Shown here: positions 1-9,350 of the stretch, piece by piece
How positions within the stretch are numbered: the first letter of the stretch is position 1
Layout of the letters: the number at the start of each line of letters is the position of its first letter
Assembly (NCBI GenBank): GCA_903912365.1
Contig: CAIWGV010000046.1
Coordinates: 10,707 to 74,706 of the forward strand
Direction of reading: 5' to 3'
Length of the DNA stretch: 64,000 nt
DNA from: an uncultured Alphaproteobacteria bacterium
GTDB lineage: Bacteria; Pseudomonadota; Alphaproteobacteria; UBA7879; UBA5542
The notes under the pieces: model-generated
Database searches by the model: none
What the model saw: the letters and a program-made list of their open reading frames with translations, nothing else
What the model was told of the DNA's origin: nothing
Made by a program: the position numbers and the translations under genes

Positions 1-558
1 GGATCTTTCCCGAAGCGCATGCTCATACCGATACAGATGCTGGGTGTGCTCTGGAAAAAGCGTGGATACCAATCGGTCCAAAAATTTCCGCTGAACCCCC
101 ATCCCTTCATCAAAGAGCCCATCCATCTGAGGGGTCTGCCATAAAACACTAACCCACTCCGACAAAGCCGTCTGAGGACTCACCGCATGGTTGATCTTCA
201 CAATCCGCCGAGGATCTTCCAAGTTTTCCAAGGACTGAACCCCTGTCCCCACTTGAACCTCTTCGTCCGCTTTCATTATAACAGAAACAGACCAATTCTG
301 GGAGTCACTTCCCACACGGGCAAAATCAGAATTTTTTGCGCGCCTTAAGCCTTTCCCGGGAGTCAAAAGAGAGAGCGCTTCCAGGATATTGGTTTTGCCC
401 GCCCCGTTCTCCCCTGTCAGAACCACAGACCGTTGATCTGCTTCCAAATGAAAAATCTCATAATTCCTGAAATTCTGAAGAGACAAAGCGGCAATCCAAC
501 AGGAATGAACGTCCGTATCAAGAGATCTTTCTAGAGAAACCCCAGATCCAGGCCTCAC
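1..558 (-). CDS. recF: DNA replication/repair protein RecF, N-terminal part (gene runs off the window start)
   Basis: Minus-strand translation gives ...LSLQNFRNYEIFHLEADQRSVVLTGENGAGKTNILEALSLL..., the RecF N-terminal Walker A region (GxNGxGKTN). It lies immediately downstream of dnaN in the classic dnaN-recF order. The probable GTG start overlaps the dnaN stop (GTGA). The ORF continues past position 1. Confidence 0.8.
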   Translation of the reverse strand, partial: MRPGSGVSLERSLDTDVHSCWIAALSLQNFRNYEIFHLEADQRSVVLTGENGAGKTNILEALSLLTPGKGLRRAKNSDFARVGSDSQNWSVSVIMKADEEVQVGTGVQSLENLEDPRRIVKINHAVSPQTALSEWVSVLWQTPQMDGLFDEGMGVQRKFLDRLVSTLFPEHTQHLYRYEHALRERS

Positions 559-1673
559 AAACGCATGGGCATCAACACATACAGTGTGTTTTCTTCTGCC
601 CCCCCTTTGATAATGGTGGGAGAGTTTTCGTCCGACAGCCAGAACACCATATTTTCACCAGAAACCTGCTGCGCCACATCCAAAAGATACCGCGCATTGA
701 ACCCCATGATGATGCGCTTACCGTTATAGCTGGCATCCAGTTCTTCCGTTCCCATACCTTGCTCTGTGCTAGAGGCGGAAATAATAATTTTCTGAGGTTC
801 CAAGGTAATCTTCACCCCTCGGGATTTCTCGCTGGCAATGGTGGATACCCGATCCACGGCTTCCGCAAATTTCTTACAGTTCACCGTCAGCATATGGGGG
901 TTAGAGTTGGGGATGACTTTTTCATAATCGGGAAAAGTGCCATCAATCAATCGAGAGGCCAAGAGAACCCGCCCCACCGCAAAAGTGATTTGCGTCAAGG
1001 ACAGCGCCACCACTACATCCAGGTCAACCCCTTCTAGAAGTTTTGCCAGCTCTAGAATGGCTTTCCGAGGGACAATCACATCGGGCATGCCCGCGGCCCC
1101 TTCGGGCTCGGACACATCTGCCAAGGCCAACCGATGTCCGTCCGTAGATACGGCGCGCAAGACCAGCTCCCCTTCATGACTCCGGGTGTGCAAATAAATT
1201 CCATTTAAGTAGTAGCGGGTTTCCTCTGTGGAAATGGCAAACCGCGTGTGGTTAATGAGATTTCGAAGCTCGTCAGCCCTCAGCTTAAAATGGTGGGGGA
1301 GGTCCGATGTTTTAAGGTTAGTAAAGTCTTTGGCGGATAACACGGGAAGATTAAATTTGGACTTGCCACACTTAATCACCAGTTGGGAATTTTCCACTTT
1401 TTCAGAGAGTTCTATTTCTGCTCCATCGGGCAATTTTCGCACCACGTCATAGAAGGTGTGAGCAGAAACTGTCGTGGCGCCCCCCTTCTCTATGGTGGCG
1501 GGCAAAGATTCTACAATGGACACATCTAGGTCTGTGGCCGTGATGATGAGTTTTCCCTCTTCTGCCTTCAGTAAAACGTTTGATAAAATGGGGGACACGG
1601 CCCGACGTTCAACGATTCCCTGGGCATGGGATAAGGCTTTTAACAGAAGAGATTTTTCCACCAGCAGCTTCAT
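555..1673 (-). CDS. dnaN: DNA polymerase III beta sliding clamp
   Basis: 372-aa ORF MKLLVEKSLLLKALSHAQGIVERR... with three-domain beta-clamp architecture, followed by recF. Confidence 0.93.
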   Translation of the reverse strand: MKLLVEKSLLLKALSHAQGIVERRAVSPILSNVLLKAEEGKLIITATDLDVSIVESLPATIEKGGATTVSAHTFYDVVRKLPDGAEIELSEKVENSQLVIKCGKSKFNLPVLSAKDFTNLKTSDLPHHFKLRADELRNLINHTRFAISTEETRYYLNGIYLHTRSHEGELVLRAVSTDGHRLALADVSEPEGAAGMPDVIVPRKAILELAKLLEGVDLDVVVALSLTQITFAVGRVLLASRLIDGTFPDYEKVIPNSNPHMLTVNCKKFAEAVDRVSTIASEKSRGVKITLEPQKIIISASSTEQGMGTEELDASYNGKRIIMGFNARYLLDVAQQVSGENMVFWLSDENSPTIIKGGAEENTLYVLMPMRL

Positions 1674-1878
1674 ATAGGTACCTTTCTAGACGATCCTCTT
1701 TAAGATGCCTCGATTATAAGGGCCTACCCATTTTTAAGCAAGGGTTTCGGGAGGTGTTTTGGAGAAGCTCAGGCGCATCTCCTCCCTCCCCCACAAAGAA
1801 GCCCTAAGGTATCTGTTGTGCTAGTTCATATGGTTCGAGACTGGAGAGGAGCCTCGGATAGGGCTCGGGCATCCCTCT

Positions 1879-3807
1879 CTAGAGCGAGGCTCCCTCAAGC
1901 CAGGATTGAAACATAAGAACCCCCCAAAGTTTATATTGGTTGTTTTCTTTGCCATTCAAATGATTCGCCCAGGCTTTTTCTATAGGAGCCGCATTCAGAA
2001 TGCCCTGGCGAGCGATTAGGTCCGGCGACAAGAGATCTCCGGCCCATTCTTTTAAGTCGGACTTTAGCCAACTGCCTAAAGGAATACCAAACCCTTGTTT
2101 GGGTCGATCAAAATAGGACTCCGGTACATAGCGGGATAGAATTCTTTTTAAAATCCATTTGGTCTGTCCTTCGTGGATTTTGTATTTCTCTGGGATCCGC
2201 TGCCAGGCAAACTCTATGAGACGGTGATCCAAAAGAGGTTCCCGGGCCTCTAGGCTCACGGCCATGCTAGCTCGGTCCACTTTTGTGAGAATATCATCGG
2301 GCAAATAGGTCATCATGTCTGCCCATTGCATTTCCTCTATGAAGGAAAGACCGGAGTTTTTAAAATAGGGAGCCAAGGTGTCATCCCTCACATGCAAATA
2401 ACCTTTAAGGAGTTCCTCTGGATTGGGCCAATGGGAAACAAAATTCAGATACAAACCCTCCTCATTGCTGGCCTGGAGAAGCGCTGCAACTTTGCTAATT
2501 TTGTAGCTCAAGTCCGCATAAGGATTTTTGTAAAAAATGGTTTTGTTCAGAGTTTCTCCAAGAGCGGAAGGGAGCTTGTCCATTCCTCTCCCGATTCCCC
2601 GCCGTAAGGGGGCGGGGATACTTTGAATGCGGTTCCAGATGCCTGCCGCAATCTTATATCGGTTATAGCCCGCAAAGAGCTCGTCCCCTCCATCTCCAGA
2701 CAGAGCCACCGTCACTTGCTGGCGTGCCAATTTAGACACCAGATAGGTGGGGATTTGGGAAGAGTCTGCAAAAGGCTCATCACACCAATCCGAAATGGTG
2801 GGAATGACTTTTCGGCAATCTTCCGGCGTTACATAAAATTCCTGATGATCCGTTCCCAGGTGGGCGGCTATTTTTTTTGCGAAGGGAGCTTCATTATAAG
2901 CGTCCTCCGTAAAGCCAATGGAGAATGTCTTAATGGGTTGCCGGGAACCTGCCTGCATGAGGGCTGCCACCAAGGAGCTATCCGTTCCCCCCGACAGGAA
3001 GCACCCGAGAGGCACATCGGCAATCATCCGTTTCTGCACTGCATCTTTTAAGAGATCTTCCAGATCTTTTTCCAGCTCCGCAAGGGGTTCCTCTCTGGAA
3101 GGGCGGGTCTTGATAACTTTTGACAGTTCCCAATAGGGATGAATATCAATTTTCCCCGCCGCATCTATTCTTAAAATGTGTCCGGGTTTCAGTTTTTGGA
3201 AATCTTCAAAAATCGTATGGGGGGCAGGCACATAGTTGTACCGGAAATAGAGTCCCAAAGAATTCAGATCAAGGGAGGGATTGAAAGCAGGATGGCCCCG
3301 AAAACTTTTCAGCTGGGATCCAAAAAAGAAAACACCCCTGTGGAGACCCCAGTAGAGGGGCTTTACCCCCACCCGGTCCCGCACCAAATAAAGAGCTTTG
3401 TCTTGCTTATCCCACAGGGCAAAAGCAAACATGCCCACAAACTTTTGAACTGCTGCCTCTAGCCCGTAATGTTCTATGGCCGCAAGCATCACTTCCGTAT
3501 CAGAGGTGCCCTTGAAGGAGGCGCCTTTACGAACGAGATCTTCCTGAATTTCTGCAAAGTTGTAGACTTCTCCATTATAGGTCATCACATGCCGGCCGGA
3601 AGCCGATATCATGGGTTGATGGCCTGTAGGGGTTAAATCGATGATGGCAAGGCGCCGGTGAGCAAGAGCAAGGCCTTCTTCCCCCCAAACCCCACAGCCG
3701 TCAGGGCCCCGACTTTCAATGAGGGTTGCCATGTTTTGGGCAATGGAGGACTCTTCACCTGTCGTATGGCGCTGCTTAAATTCCCAAAACCCTGTAATTC
3801 CACACAT
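1879..3807 (-). CDS. asnB: Asparagine synthetase (glutamine-hydrolysing) / AsnB-family amidotransferase
   Basis: N-terminal MCGITG (class II glutamine amidotransferase Cys2) and the SGGTDSS PP-loop. 642 aa. Its start is separated by only 2 nt from the downstream membrane glycosyltransferase gene, so the AsnB-like enzyme may act on a glycan (WbpS-like role) rather than in Asn synthesis. Confidence 0.88.
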   Translation of the reverse strand: MCGITGFWEFKQRHTTGEESSIAQNMATLIESRGPDGCGVWGEEGLALAHRRLAIIDLTPTGHQPMISASGRHVMTYNGEVYNFAEIQEDLVRKGASFKGTSDTEVMLAAIEHYGLEAAVQKFVGMFAFALWDKQDKALYLVRDRVGVKPLYWGLHRGVFFFGSQLKSFRGHPAFNPSLDLNSLGLYFRYNYVPAPHTIFEDFQKLKPGHILRIDAAGKIDIHPYWELSKVIKTRPSREEPLAELEKDLEDLLKDAVQKRMIADVPLGCFLSGGTDSSLVAALMQAGSRQPIKTFSIGFTEDAYNEAPFAKKIAAHLGTDHQEFYVTPEDCRKVIPTISDWCDEPFADSSQIPTYLVSKLARQQVTVALSGDGGDELFAGYNRYKIAAGIWNRIQSIPAPLRRGIGRGMDKLPSALGETLNKTIFYKNPYADLSYKISKVAALLQASNEEGLYLNFVSHWPNPEELLKGYLHVRDDTLAPYFKNSGLSFIEEMQWADMMTYLPDDILTKVDRASMAVSLEAREPLLDHRLIEFAWQRIPEKYKIHEGQTKWILKRILSRYVPESYFDRPKQGFGIPLGSWLKSDLKEWAGDLLSPDLIARQGILNAAPIEKAWANHLNGKENNQYKLWGVLMFQSWLEGASL

Positions 3808-3809
3808 AA

Positions 3810-5231
3810 TTAAATCCGTCTAGCTATAGTTCTTAAGGTCTTCCAACATTTATAGGCGAAATAATGGGAGACGCTGACCAAGCAAATGGTCAGGTAGAGG
3901 TAGCGAGGCGTTCCCGCCATGGAGCAGAAAAAGAGCACAACCACAAGGGCAGATCCCACCAAATTAAGAAAGAATAAGGGAGCGGCATACACGCTTTTTT
4001 TCCAGGCCAAAAACCCGAGAACCACATAAAAGAATCCCAAAATAACCGGGATAAAATAGGCCAGCAAGAGAAAACTCACGGTCTTTGTAGCTCCATAACT
4101 TATTTTGTAAATAAGAGATCCTGGTATTAGGTGTTGATCCAACAAAGAAACAAGGGGACCAAACCCTGGAACGCCAAAGAGGACATAGGAGATGTTCATA
4201 ATCCTATGCTTCAAATAAAGGAGGGGATGGGTCACAACCGATTTTGCCCAGGTATTCCATAAGATCTTCATTTGAGCAGAATCCGAAGATTTCACCAAAA
4301 TCGCCTCTTTCCCAAAAACCAGCTCATCCACGCTTTGATGAGAGATTTTTTGGTGCAGAGTTTCCATGAGGAAAAGGGGTGTTTTGGAAAAATCTGGGAA
4401 TATATCTTCTCCTGTATCATGGGCAATAGACGCCATGTCATAGAGCTTCACATATTGCCAAGAATGATTCTCCTTAACAGGAGGGCTCAAGACTTTGATA
4501 AGAGCGAGGAGTCCATAAAAGAGAAGCCCAACACCAACAACATTCAGAATAAATCTTTTGCCAAAGGCGTTTCTACTGAGGACATAGGCCATCCAGAAGA
4601 GCACGAGGGGGGCTAAGTATTGGGCTTGAAATTTAACCAGAGTGCCGTAGGCAAGGATGATTAAAAGGGGGAGTGTTTTGAGAGGGGAATTTTGGGCATA
4701 GCATGTTTGGTATGTGAGACAAGCCCCCACAAATAAAAAACTAAAAGCACATCCCACATCTTTCCAGATCAAAAAGGAATAAATTAAAATTTGAGGGATA
4801 AAGGGAACTAATAAAAAGAAGATTTTTTTTTCGGGGGTTGCTTTCATGAAGTAAAAAAGAGCCCCATAAAACAGAGACAAATGAAAGAAAAGCATAAGTC
4901 CTGGACCTTTATGCAGCATATCTAAAAAGTGCCACAGGTAGGACATGATAAAGGGATGATGATCGCTGTAAGTTCCAGAGACCGCCATGGCATATTGGAC
5001 TTGACTGTCGGGAGTCATTTCTCCGGGCCAGAAAAAGAAAAGCTGAAGGAGAAAGAGCCCAAATAAAGCAGAGAAAGCATGCTGCGACAAAAAGCTAACG
5101 TATTTCAAACCTCGAGCGCTCCTGAGATGGATTGACAATTGAGACTCTATAATAGATTCTGAGCTCCATTGCAAAAGGTTTGTTATTATGAAAGAAATGA
5201 AATCAACCCCCCTCCACATTGTTTTTGCCAT
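3810..5231 (-). CDS. Polytopic membrane glycosyltransferase, GT-C fold (ArnT/PMT-like)
   Basis: 473 aa with many hydrophobic helices. The first loop region PDSQVQYAMAVSGTYSDHHP resembles the ArnT/GT39-GT83 periplasmic-loop signature. Tightly coupled to asnB and divergent from a GT4 gene. Confidence 0.5.
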   Translation of the reverse strand: MAKTMWRGVDFISFIITNLLQWSSESIIESQLSIHLRSARGLKYVSFLSQHAFSALFGLFLLQLFFFWPGEMTPDSQVQYAMAVSGTYSDHHPFIMSYLWHFLDMLHKGPGLMLFFHLSLFYGALFYFMKATPEKKIFFLLVPFIPQILIYSFLIWKDVGCAFSFLFVGACLTYQTCYAQNSPLKTLPLLIILAYGTLVKFQAQYLAPLVLFWMAYVLSRNAFGKRFILNVVGVGLLFYGLLALIKVLSPPVKENHSWQYVKLYDMASIAHDTGEDIFPDFSKTPLFLMETLHQKISHQSVDELVFGKEAILVKSSDSAQMKILWNTWAKSVVTHPLLYLKHRIMNISYVLFGVPGFGPLVSLLDQHLIPGSLIYKISYGATKTVSFLLLAYFIPVILGFFYVVLGFLAWKKSVYAAPLFFLNLVGSALVVVLFFCSMAGTPRYLYLTICLVSVSHYFAYKCWKTLRTIARRI

Positions 5232-6315
5232 TCATTCTCTTCGAGCAGGGGGAGCAGAGCGCGTCGTATCAATTCTTGTAAATCAGCTGTCCCAGAATCC
5301 ACGCTATAAAATCAGCATTATTACCTTCACCGGAGTTCAGGAAAGCCCTTTTTATCCCACTGATAAAAGAGTTAATCTGATTGGTCTTGGTGACATTGAA
5401 AATAAGAAAAAGTCTTTGCTTAAAAAAGCTTATAACATTGTGAACGGGTCTTGGAAATTTTGGAAGGCTCTCCGCGCGCAAAAACCGGATGTATTGATTT
5501 CATTTATTGACACAGTTAATTTCCTTTCCCTTTTGCTCACGCGGGGGTCCAAACTTCCCGTTATTGTGTCAGAGAGGTATGACCCCACAACCTTCAAAAG
5601 GAACTGGGTCACCAAGGTTTTGCGCCGTCTTACCTATCCTTTTGCCATGGGAATTGTGGCGCAAAGTTCTTTAGTGGCACGCTTTCTGGGAAAGAGACTT
5701 GCCTCTAAGGTCAAGATCATTGGAAATCCTGTTTCTCAACCAAAAAAACACGCGGATCAAAAGGTAAAATCCACTGCTGTAAAGATCATCAGCGTAGGGC
5801 GATTGATCCCTTCCAAACGCATGGATTTTTTGATTGCTGCGTTTCGGCAGGTACAGGCACGCTATCCAAAAGCACAGCTCGTGATTTGCGGAGATGGACC
5901 AGAACGAGAAAGCCTAGAAAGACTTATAAAGGAACTTGGCTTAGAGAAGAACGTTAAGCTCTTGGGGACCGTTAAAGATGTGGAAGGAGAGTTGACGAAG
6001 GCCCAAATATTTGCTTTTGCTTCTGAGAGCGAAGGATTCCCCAACGCGCTTTGTGAGGCCATGGCTGTGGGACTTGTGCCGGTGATTACAGATTACGGCA
6101 GCTCCACTCGGGATATTATTCAAGAGGGTAAAAATGGATTTGTGGTGGGACGAGATGATAAAGATGCCTTGGTTCACAAGATCTGCAGGCTGATTGAGGA
6201 TGAGAAGCTCCGACATAAGATAGCCAAAGAAGCCGAAAAAATTTCCCAGACCTATGGGGTAGGGTATGTGATAAAACAATGGGAAGAAGTCATTCATCGA
6301 GCAGTGAACAAATAG
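5188..6315 (+). CDS. Glycosyltransferase family 4 (GT-B, RfaG/WbuB-like)
   Basis: E-x7-E motif (ESEGFPNALCEAMAVGLVPV) and GT-B Rossmann signatures. 375 aa. The annotated start overlaps the divergent membrane GT start, so one start is probably further in (e.g. MKSTPL at 5197). Confidence 0.82.
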   Translation: MKEMKSTPLHIVFAIHSLRAGGAERVVSILVNQLSQNPRYKISIITFTGVQESPFYPTDKRVNLIGLGDIENKKKSLLKKAYNIVNGSWKFWKALRAQKPDVLISFIDTVNFLSLLLTRGSKLPVIVSERYDPTTFKRNWVTKVLRRLTYPFAMGIVAQSSLVARFLGKRLASKVKIIGNPVSQPKKHADQKVKSTAVKIISVGRLIPSKRMDFLIAAFRQVQARYPKAQLVICGDGPERESLERLIKELGLEKNVKLLGTVKDVEGELTKAQIFAFASESEGFPNALCEAMAVGLVPVITDYGSSTRDIIQEGKNGFVVGRDDKDALVHKICRLIEDEKLRHKIAKEAEKISQTYGVGYVIKQWEEVIHRAVNK

Positions 6316-6530
6316 GACTCCGGGCCTTACGGGGGCTCATTTTATCCTTGACTTTTTTGGAAAAATTCGATACATTGGGCTTCAACTTATTCCCGTCGTC
6401 CTTGGTGGGAACTTTATATAAAAATTTATAAAAACCAGCCAAACATCATCCAGAGGAGGGGCGACGAGGCCCGATTTCCTTAAAAAAATCTAACGTCGGG
6501 ATCCCTCTTTTTTACAAGAAGGTGTCGCAT

Positions 6531-7238
6531 ATGAATATCTCAAAATACACCTGGGCCCTTCACGCACGGCCCTCCCAAAAAATCCCTCCTGGCTCCTGGA
6601 CCACTTGGCTCATTATGGCCGGTCGTGGCTTTGGCAAAACCCGCACGGGCGCTGAAACCATCCGGCAGTGGGTAGAGCGGAGACATTGCAAAAGAATCGC
6701 CCTCATTGCGGAGACAGAACTTGAGGCCCATTCCGTCATGATCGCTGGTCCTAGCGGACTTTTAAGTGTCTGCCCGCCTCATCGTCGCCCCACATACATT
6801 GATCGTCGGAAAGAGCTCCTCTGGCCCTCCGGTGCCCGAGCCACCATTTACACAGCCCGTAACTACGAAAAACTCCGAGGGCCTCAGTTTGATGGGGCCT
6901 GGATCGATGAGTTGGCAAAATTCCCTCATGCCCAAGAAACCTGGGACCAACTCATGTTTGGCCTACGCTTGGGCCCTCACCCTCGTGTCATCATCACCAC
7001 AACGCCTCGCCCTATTCCTCTCCTCAAAACCCTAGTACACCATGCGGACACTTACCTGACTCAGGGAACTACTTATGAAAACGAAGCAAACCTTTCTCCC
7101 CGCTTTCTGGATCAGATTTTAAAAACCTATGAAGGAACGCCTTTGGGCCAACAAGAAATTCATGCCCAGCTCTTAATGAATCAGGAAGGCGCCTACTGGA
7201 CCCGATCCCTTATTCTCTATGGTCTACCAACCCCATGA
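6531..7238 (+). CDS. Terminase large subunit-like protein, ATPase domain only (GTA/phage type), C-terminally truncated relic
   Basis: Walker A GRGFGKTRTGAE and Walker B-like AWIDE in the arrangement typical of alphaproteobacterial GTA/phage TerL N-domains. It is only ~235 aa and the nuclease domain is absent. No other phage or GTA structural genes are nearby. Start placed at the ATG at 6531 (an SD-like AGAAGG lies upstream), rather than the GTG at 6522. Confidence 0.65.
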   Translation: MNISKYTWALHARPSQKIPPGSWTTWLIMAGRGFGKTRTGAETIRQWVERRHCKRIALIAETELEAHSVMIAGPSGLLSVCPPHRRPTYIDRRKELLWPSGARATIYTARNYEKLRGPQFDGAWIDELAKFPHAQETWDQLMFGLRLGPHPRVIITTTPRPIPLLKTLVHHADTYLTQGTTYENEANLSPRFLDQILKTYEGTPLGQQEIHAQLLMNQEGAYWTRSLILYGLPTP

Positions 7239-7312
7239 TGTGGTCCTCTTGCTTTTTATAAGGACTAGATTATAATCAGGGTCAGAGATTTTAACAAAAA
7301 GGAGACTTTCAT

Positions 7313-8053
7313 ATGTCAGATTCTCGTCATAAAATAATCGATCAATACACAGCCTCGTCCACCAGCGTGGATCAAGGACTTCGCTCTTATATGCTGAAAG
7401 TATATGCTTACATGTTCGTAGGGCTCAGCCTCACGGGTTCTTTGGCTTTCTTATCAACGCAGGTTCCGGCCCTTCAAAGCCTTTTGTTCACGCAAAATGC
7501 GGCAGGACAGTGGGGACCCAGTGGCATCACCTGGCTTTTGTCCTTTGTGCAGATTGGGCTCGTGCTCTTTTTATCCTTCCGCATCCAAAGCTTGAAGACT
7601 GCCACAGCCCAGATGATTTTCTGGGCCTATTCCGCCTTGATGGGGCTCAGCCTGTCTTCCATATTTCTCTTGTATACGGGCGCCAGCACAGCACGGGTAT
7701 TTTTAATTACCTCTGCCACCTTCGGAACTATGAGCTTGTACGGGTATGTCACAAAGCGAGATCTTTCCGGTCTTGGGTCCTTCCTCTTCATGGCCCTCAT
7801 TGGGATGATCTTGGCCTCTCTGGTGAATATATTCTTCCAAAGTTCTGTTACGGAGTTTGTCATTTCCGTCATAGGGGTTCTGGTATTCACAGGCCTCACA
7901 GCCTATGACACCCAACGGGTGAAGGAAATTTACTTGGAGCAAGATTCCGCTGAAGTAAAATCAAAGAAGGCTATCATGGGGGCCCTTGCTCTCTACCTGG
8001 ACTTCATCAATCTCTTCATCCTGTTGATGCGCTTCTTAGGCGATCGTAGGTAG
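7313..8053 (+). CDS. Bax inhibitor-1/YccA (TMBIM) family membrane protein
   Basis: 246 aa with 7 predicted TM helices and the conserved N-terminal YMLKVYAYM motif of BI-1/YccA proteins. Confidence 0.82.
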   Translation: MSDSRHKIIDQYTASSTSVDQGLRSYMLKVYAYMFVGLSLTGSLAFLSTQVPALQSLLFTQNAAGQWGPSGITWLLSFVQIGLVLFLSFRIQSLKTATAQMIFWAYSALMGLSLSSIFLLYTGASTARVFLITSATFGTMSLYGYVTKRDLSGLGSFLFMALIGMILASLVNIFFQSSVTEFVISVIGVLVFTGLTAYDTQRVKEIYLEQDSAEVKSKKAIMGALALYLDFINLFILLMRFLGDRR

Positions 8054-8154
8054 TTTAGCCCCCGTCACCCAAGCGCCACACCTCCCTCCTGCGTCGGTAT
8101 GGTGTATCGCGCTTGGTATTTTCGTTACGTTCGGGCAAAGTTTTTTAGAGAAGA

Positions 8155-9192
8155 TCATACAACTTCTTCCTTAATATTTTTAGAAAGCTCCACTTCAATT
8201 TCTTCAATGGTTGGCAAAGAAGATTTAATATCCTCCGGCAATATCTCGTGAAGCTTATACTCCGCAAGCCCTATGGGTTTGGTCATATCTCGCAGAGTAT
8301 ACTCAGCCAAAACATTATTTTTGGACCTACAAAGGATAAGGCCTATGGATGGCCGATCATCCTCATGCCTTAAAGTATCGTCAACGGCTGAGAGATAGAA
8401 GTTCATTTTGCCCGCATACTCTGGTTTGAAACTCCGATCTTTTAGCTCAATCACAACAAAGCAGCGGAGCTTTAGATGATAGAATAACAGGTCTATATAA
8501 AAATCCTGATCTCCCACATCCAAATGATATTGCCTCCCCACAAAGGCAAAACCATCTCCCAGTTCAAGCAAAAACTTTTCAACATGATTGACTAGAGCTT
8601 TCTCAACTTCCCGTTCATGAGCCTCCTTCCCTACACTTAAAAAGTCAAAAATATAGGGGTCTTTTAGAGTCGAGAGTGCTAAATCCGATTGAGGAGAAGG
8701 GAGTTTTTCTTGAAAATTTGTAACAGCTTGCCCCTCTCTCTTATGCAAAGCCGTTTCAATTTGCAGAACCAGAACGCTTCGAGACCATCCATATTCAATG
8801 ACTTTTTTCATGTAAAATATCTGATCTTGTTTGCCCTTGATACCATCCAAAATTGTTGCGATATGGAACCACGGCATTTGTGCAGCAACCTGCTGCACAA
8901 ATTCAGAATCAGGGTATTCTTCTGCAAATTTTCGCATGTATTTAAGGTTTCTCGTGCTAAATCCCTTCATCTCTGGAAATTCTGATCGCAAATCATGGCT
9001 AAGCTGGTCAATAACTTTTGCACCCCAACCATGGATCTTTTGAGACTTTAAGATCATGCTTCCAATGTGATGATAAAGCAGGATAAGCTCTCGGTTAACA
9101 GAAAGAGCCGCCTTGTATCTGGACGCCACAACGCGCGTTTTAAGAGAATCCAGAAATTCTATGTAGTCTTTGTTTGCAAGATTAGATGACAT
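8155..9192 (-). CDS. YhcG-like PDDEXK nuclease domain protein (DUF1016)
   Basis: 345 aa. The N-terminal DUF1016-type helical region and C-terminal ...DLLFYHLKLRCFVVIELK... are consistent with a PD-(D/E)xK restriction-endonuclease-like fold of the YhcG family. Confidence 0.7.
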   Translation of the reverse strand: MSSNLANKDYIEFLDSLKTRVVASRYKAALSVNRELILLYHHIGSMILKSQKIHGWGAKVIDQLSHDLRSEFPEMKGFSTRNLKYMRKFAEEYPDSEFVQQVAAQMPWFHIATILDGIKGKQDQIFYMKKVIEYGWSRSVLVLQIETALHKREGQAVTNFQEKLPSPQSDLALSTLKDPYIFDFLSVGKEAHEREVEKALVNHVEKFLLELGDGFAFVGRQYHLDVGDQDFYIDLLFYHLKLRCFVVIELKDRSFKPEYAGKMNFYLSAVDDTLRHEDDRPSIGLILCRSKNNVLAEYTLRDMTKPIGLAEYKLHEILPEDIKSSLPTIEEIEVELSKNIKEEVV

Positions 9193-9298
9193 TTTTCTCC
9201 TCCAAAATTAATCCTAATGGACGTGATTTTACCGTGAGATTAATTTAATTTGTAGATCAAATTTTCAAAAAACTACTCGAGCCTTCATAAACAGTATA

Positions 9299-9350
9299 AA
9301 CGGAACAAAGGTCGAGGTTCCCGAAGTAATAGATTTTTTTATGGACTCGG
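9299..9350. repeat. Internally deleted fragment of the ~130-bp palindromic repeat family (copy C)
   Basis: cggaacaaaggtcgaggttcccgaagtaatagatttttttatggactcgg matches the gaaacaaaggtcgagg core and the cgaagtaatag...ttttatgg(g)gctgg right end of the full copies at 10.7-10.9 kb and 22.9 kb. Confidence 0.55.

Noticed and set aside
759-1807. Series of 60-90-aa ORFs on the + strand inside dnaN
   Set aside because: They are antisense to a high-confidence beta-clamp gene, have no start/RBS context and show low-complexity Arg/Ser/Pro-rich composition typical of antisense frames.
6348-6376. Sigma-70-like promoter TTGACT-N17-TACATT upstream of the terminase fragment
   Set aside because: The hexamers fit reasonably, but single-sequence promoter prediction is unreliable. 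Not reported as a feature without TSS evidence.
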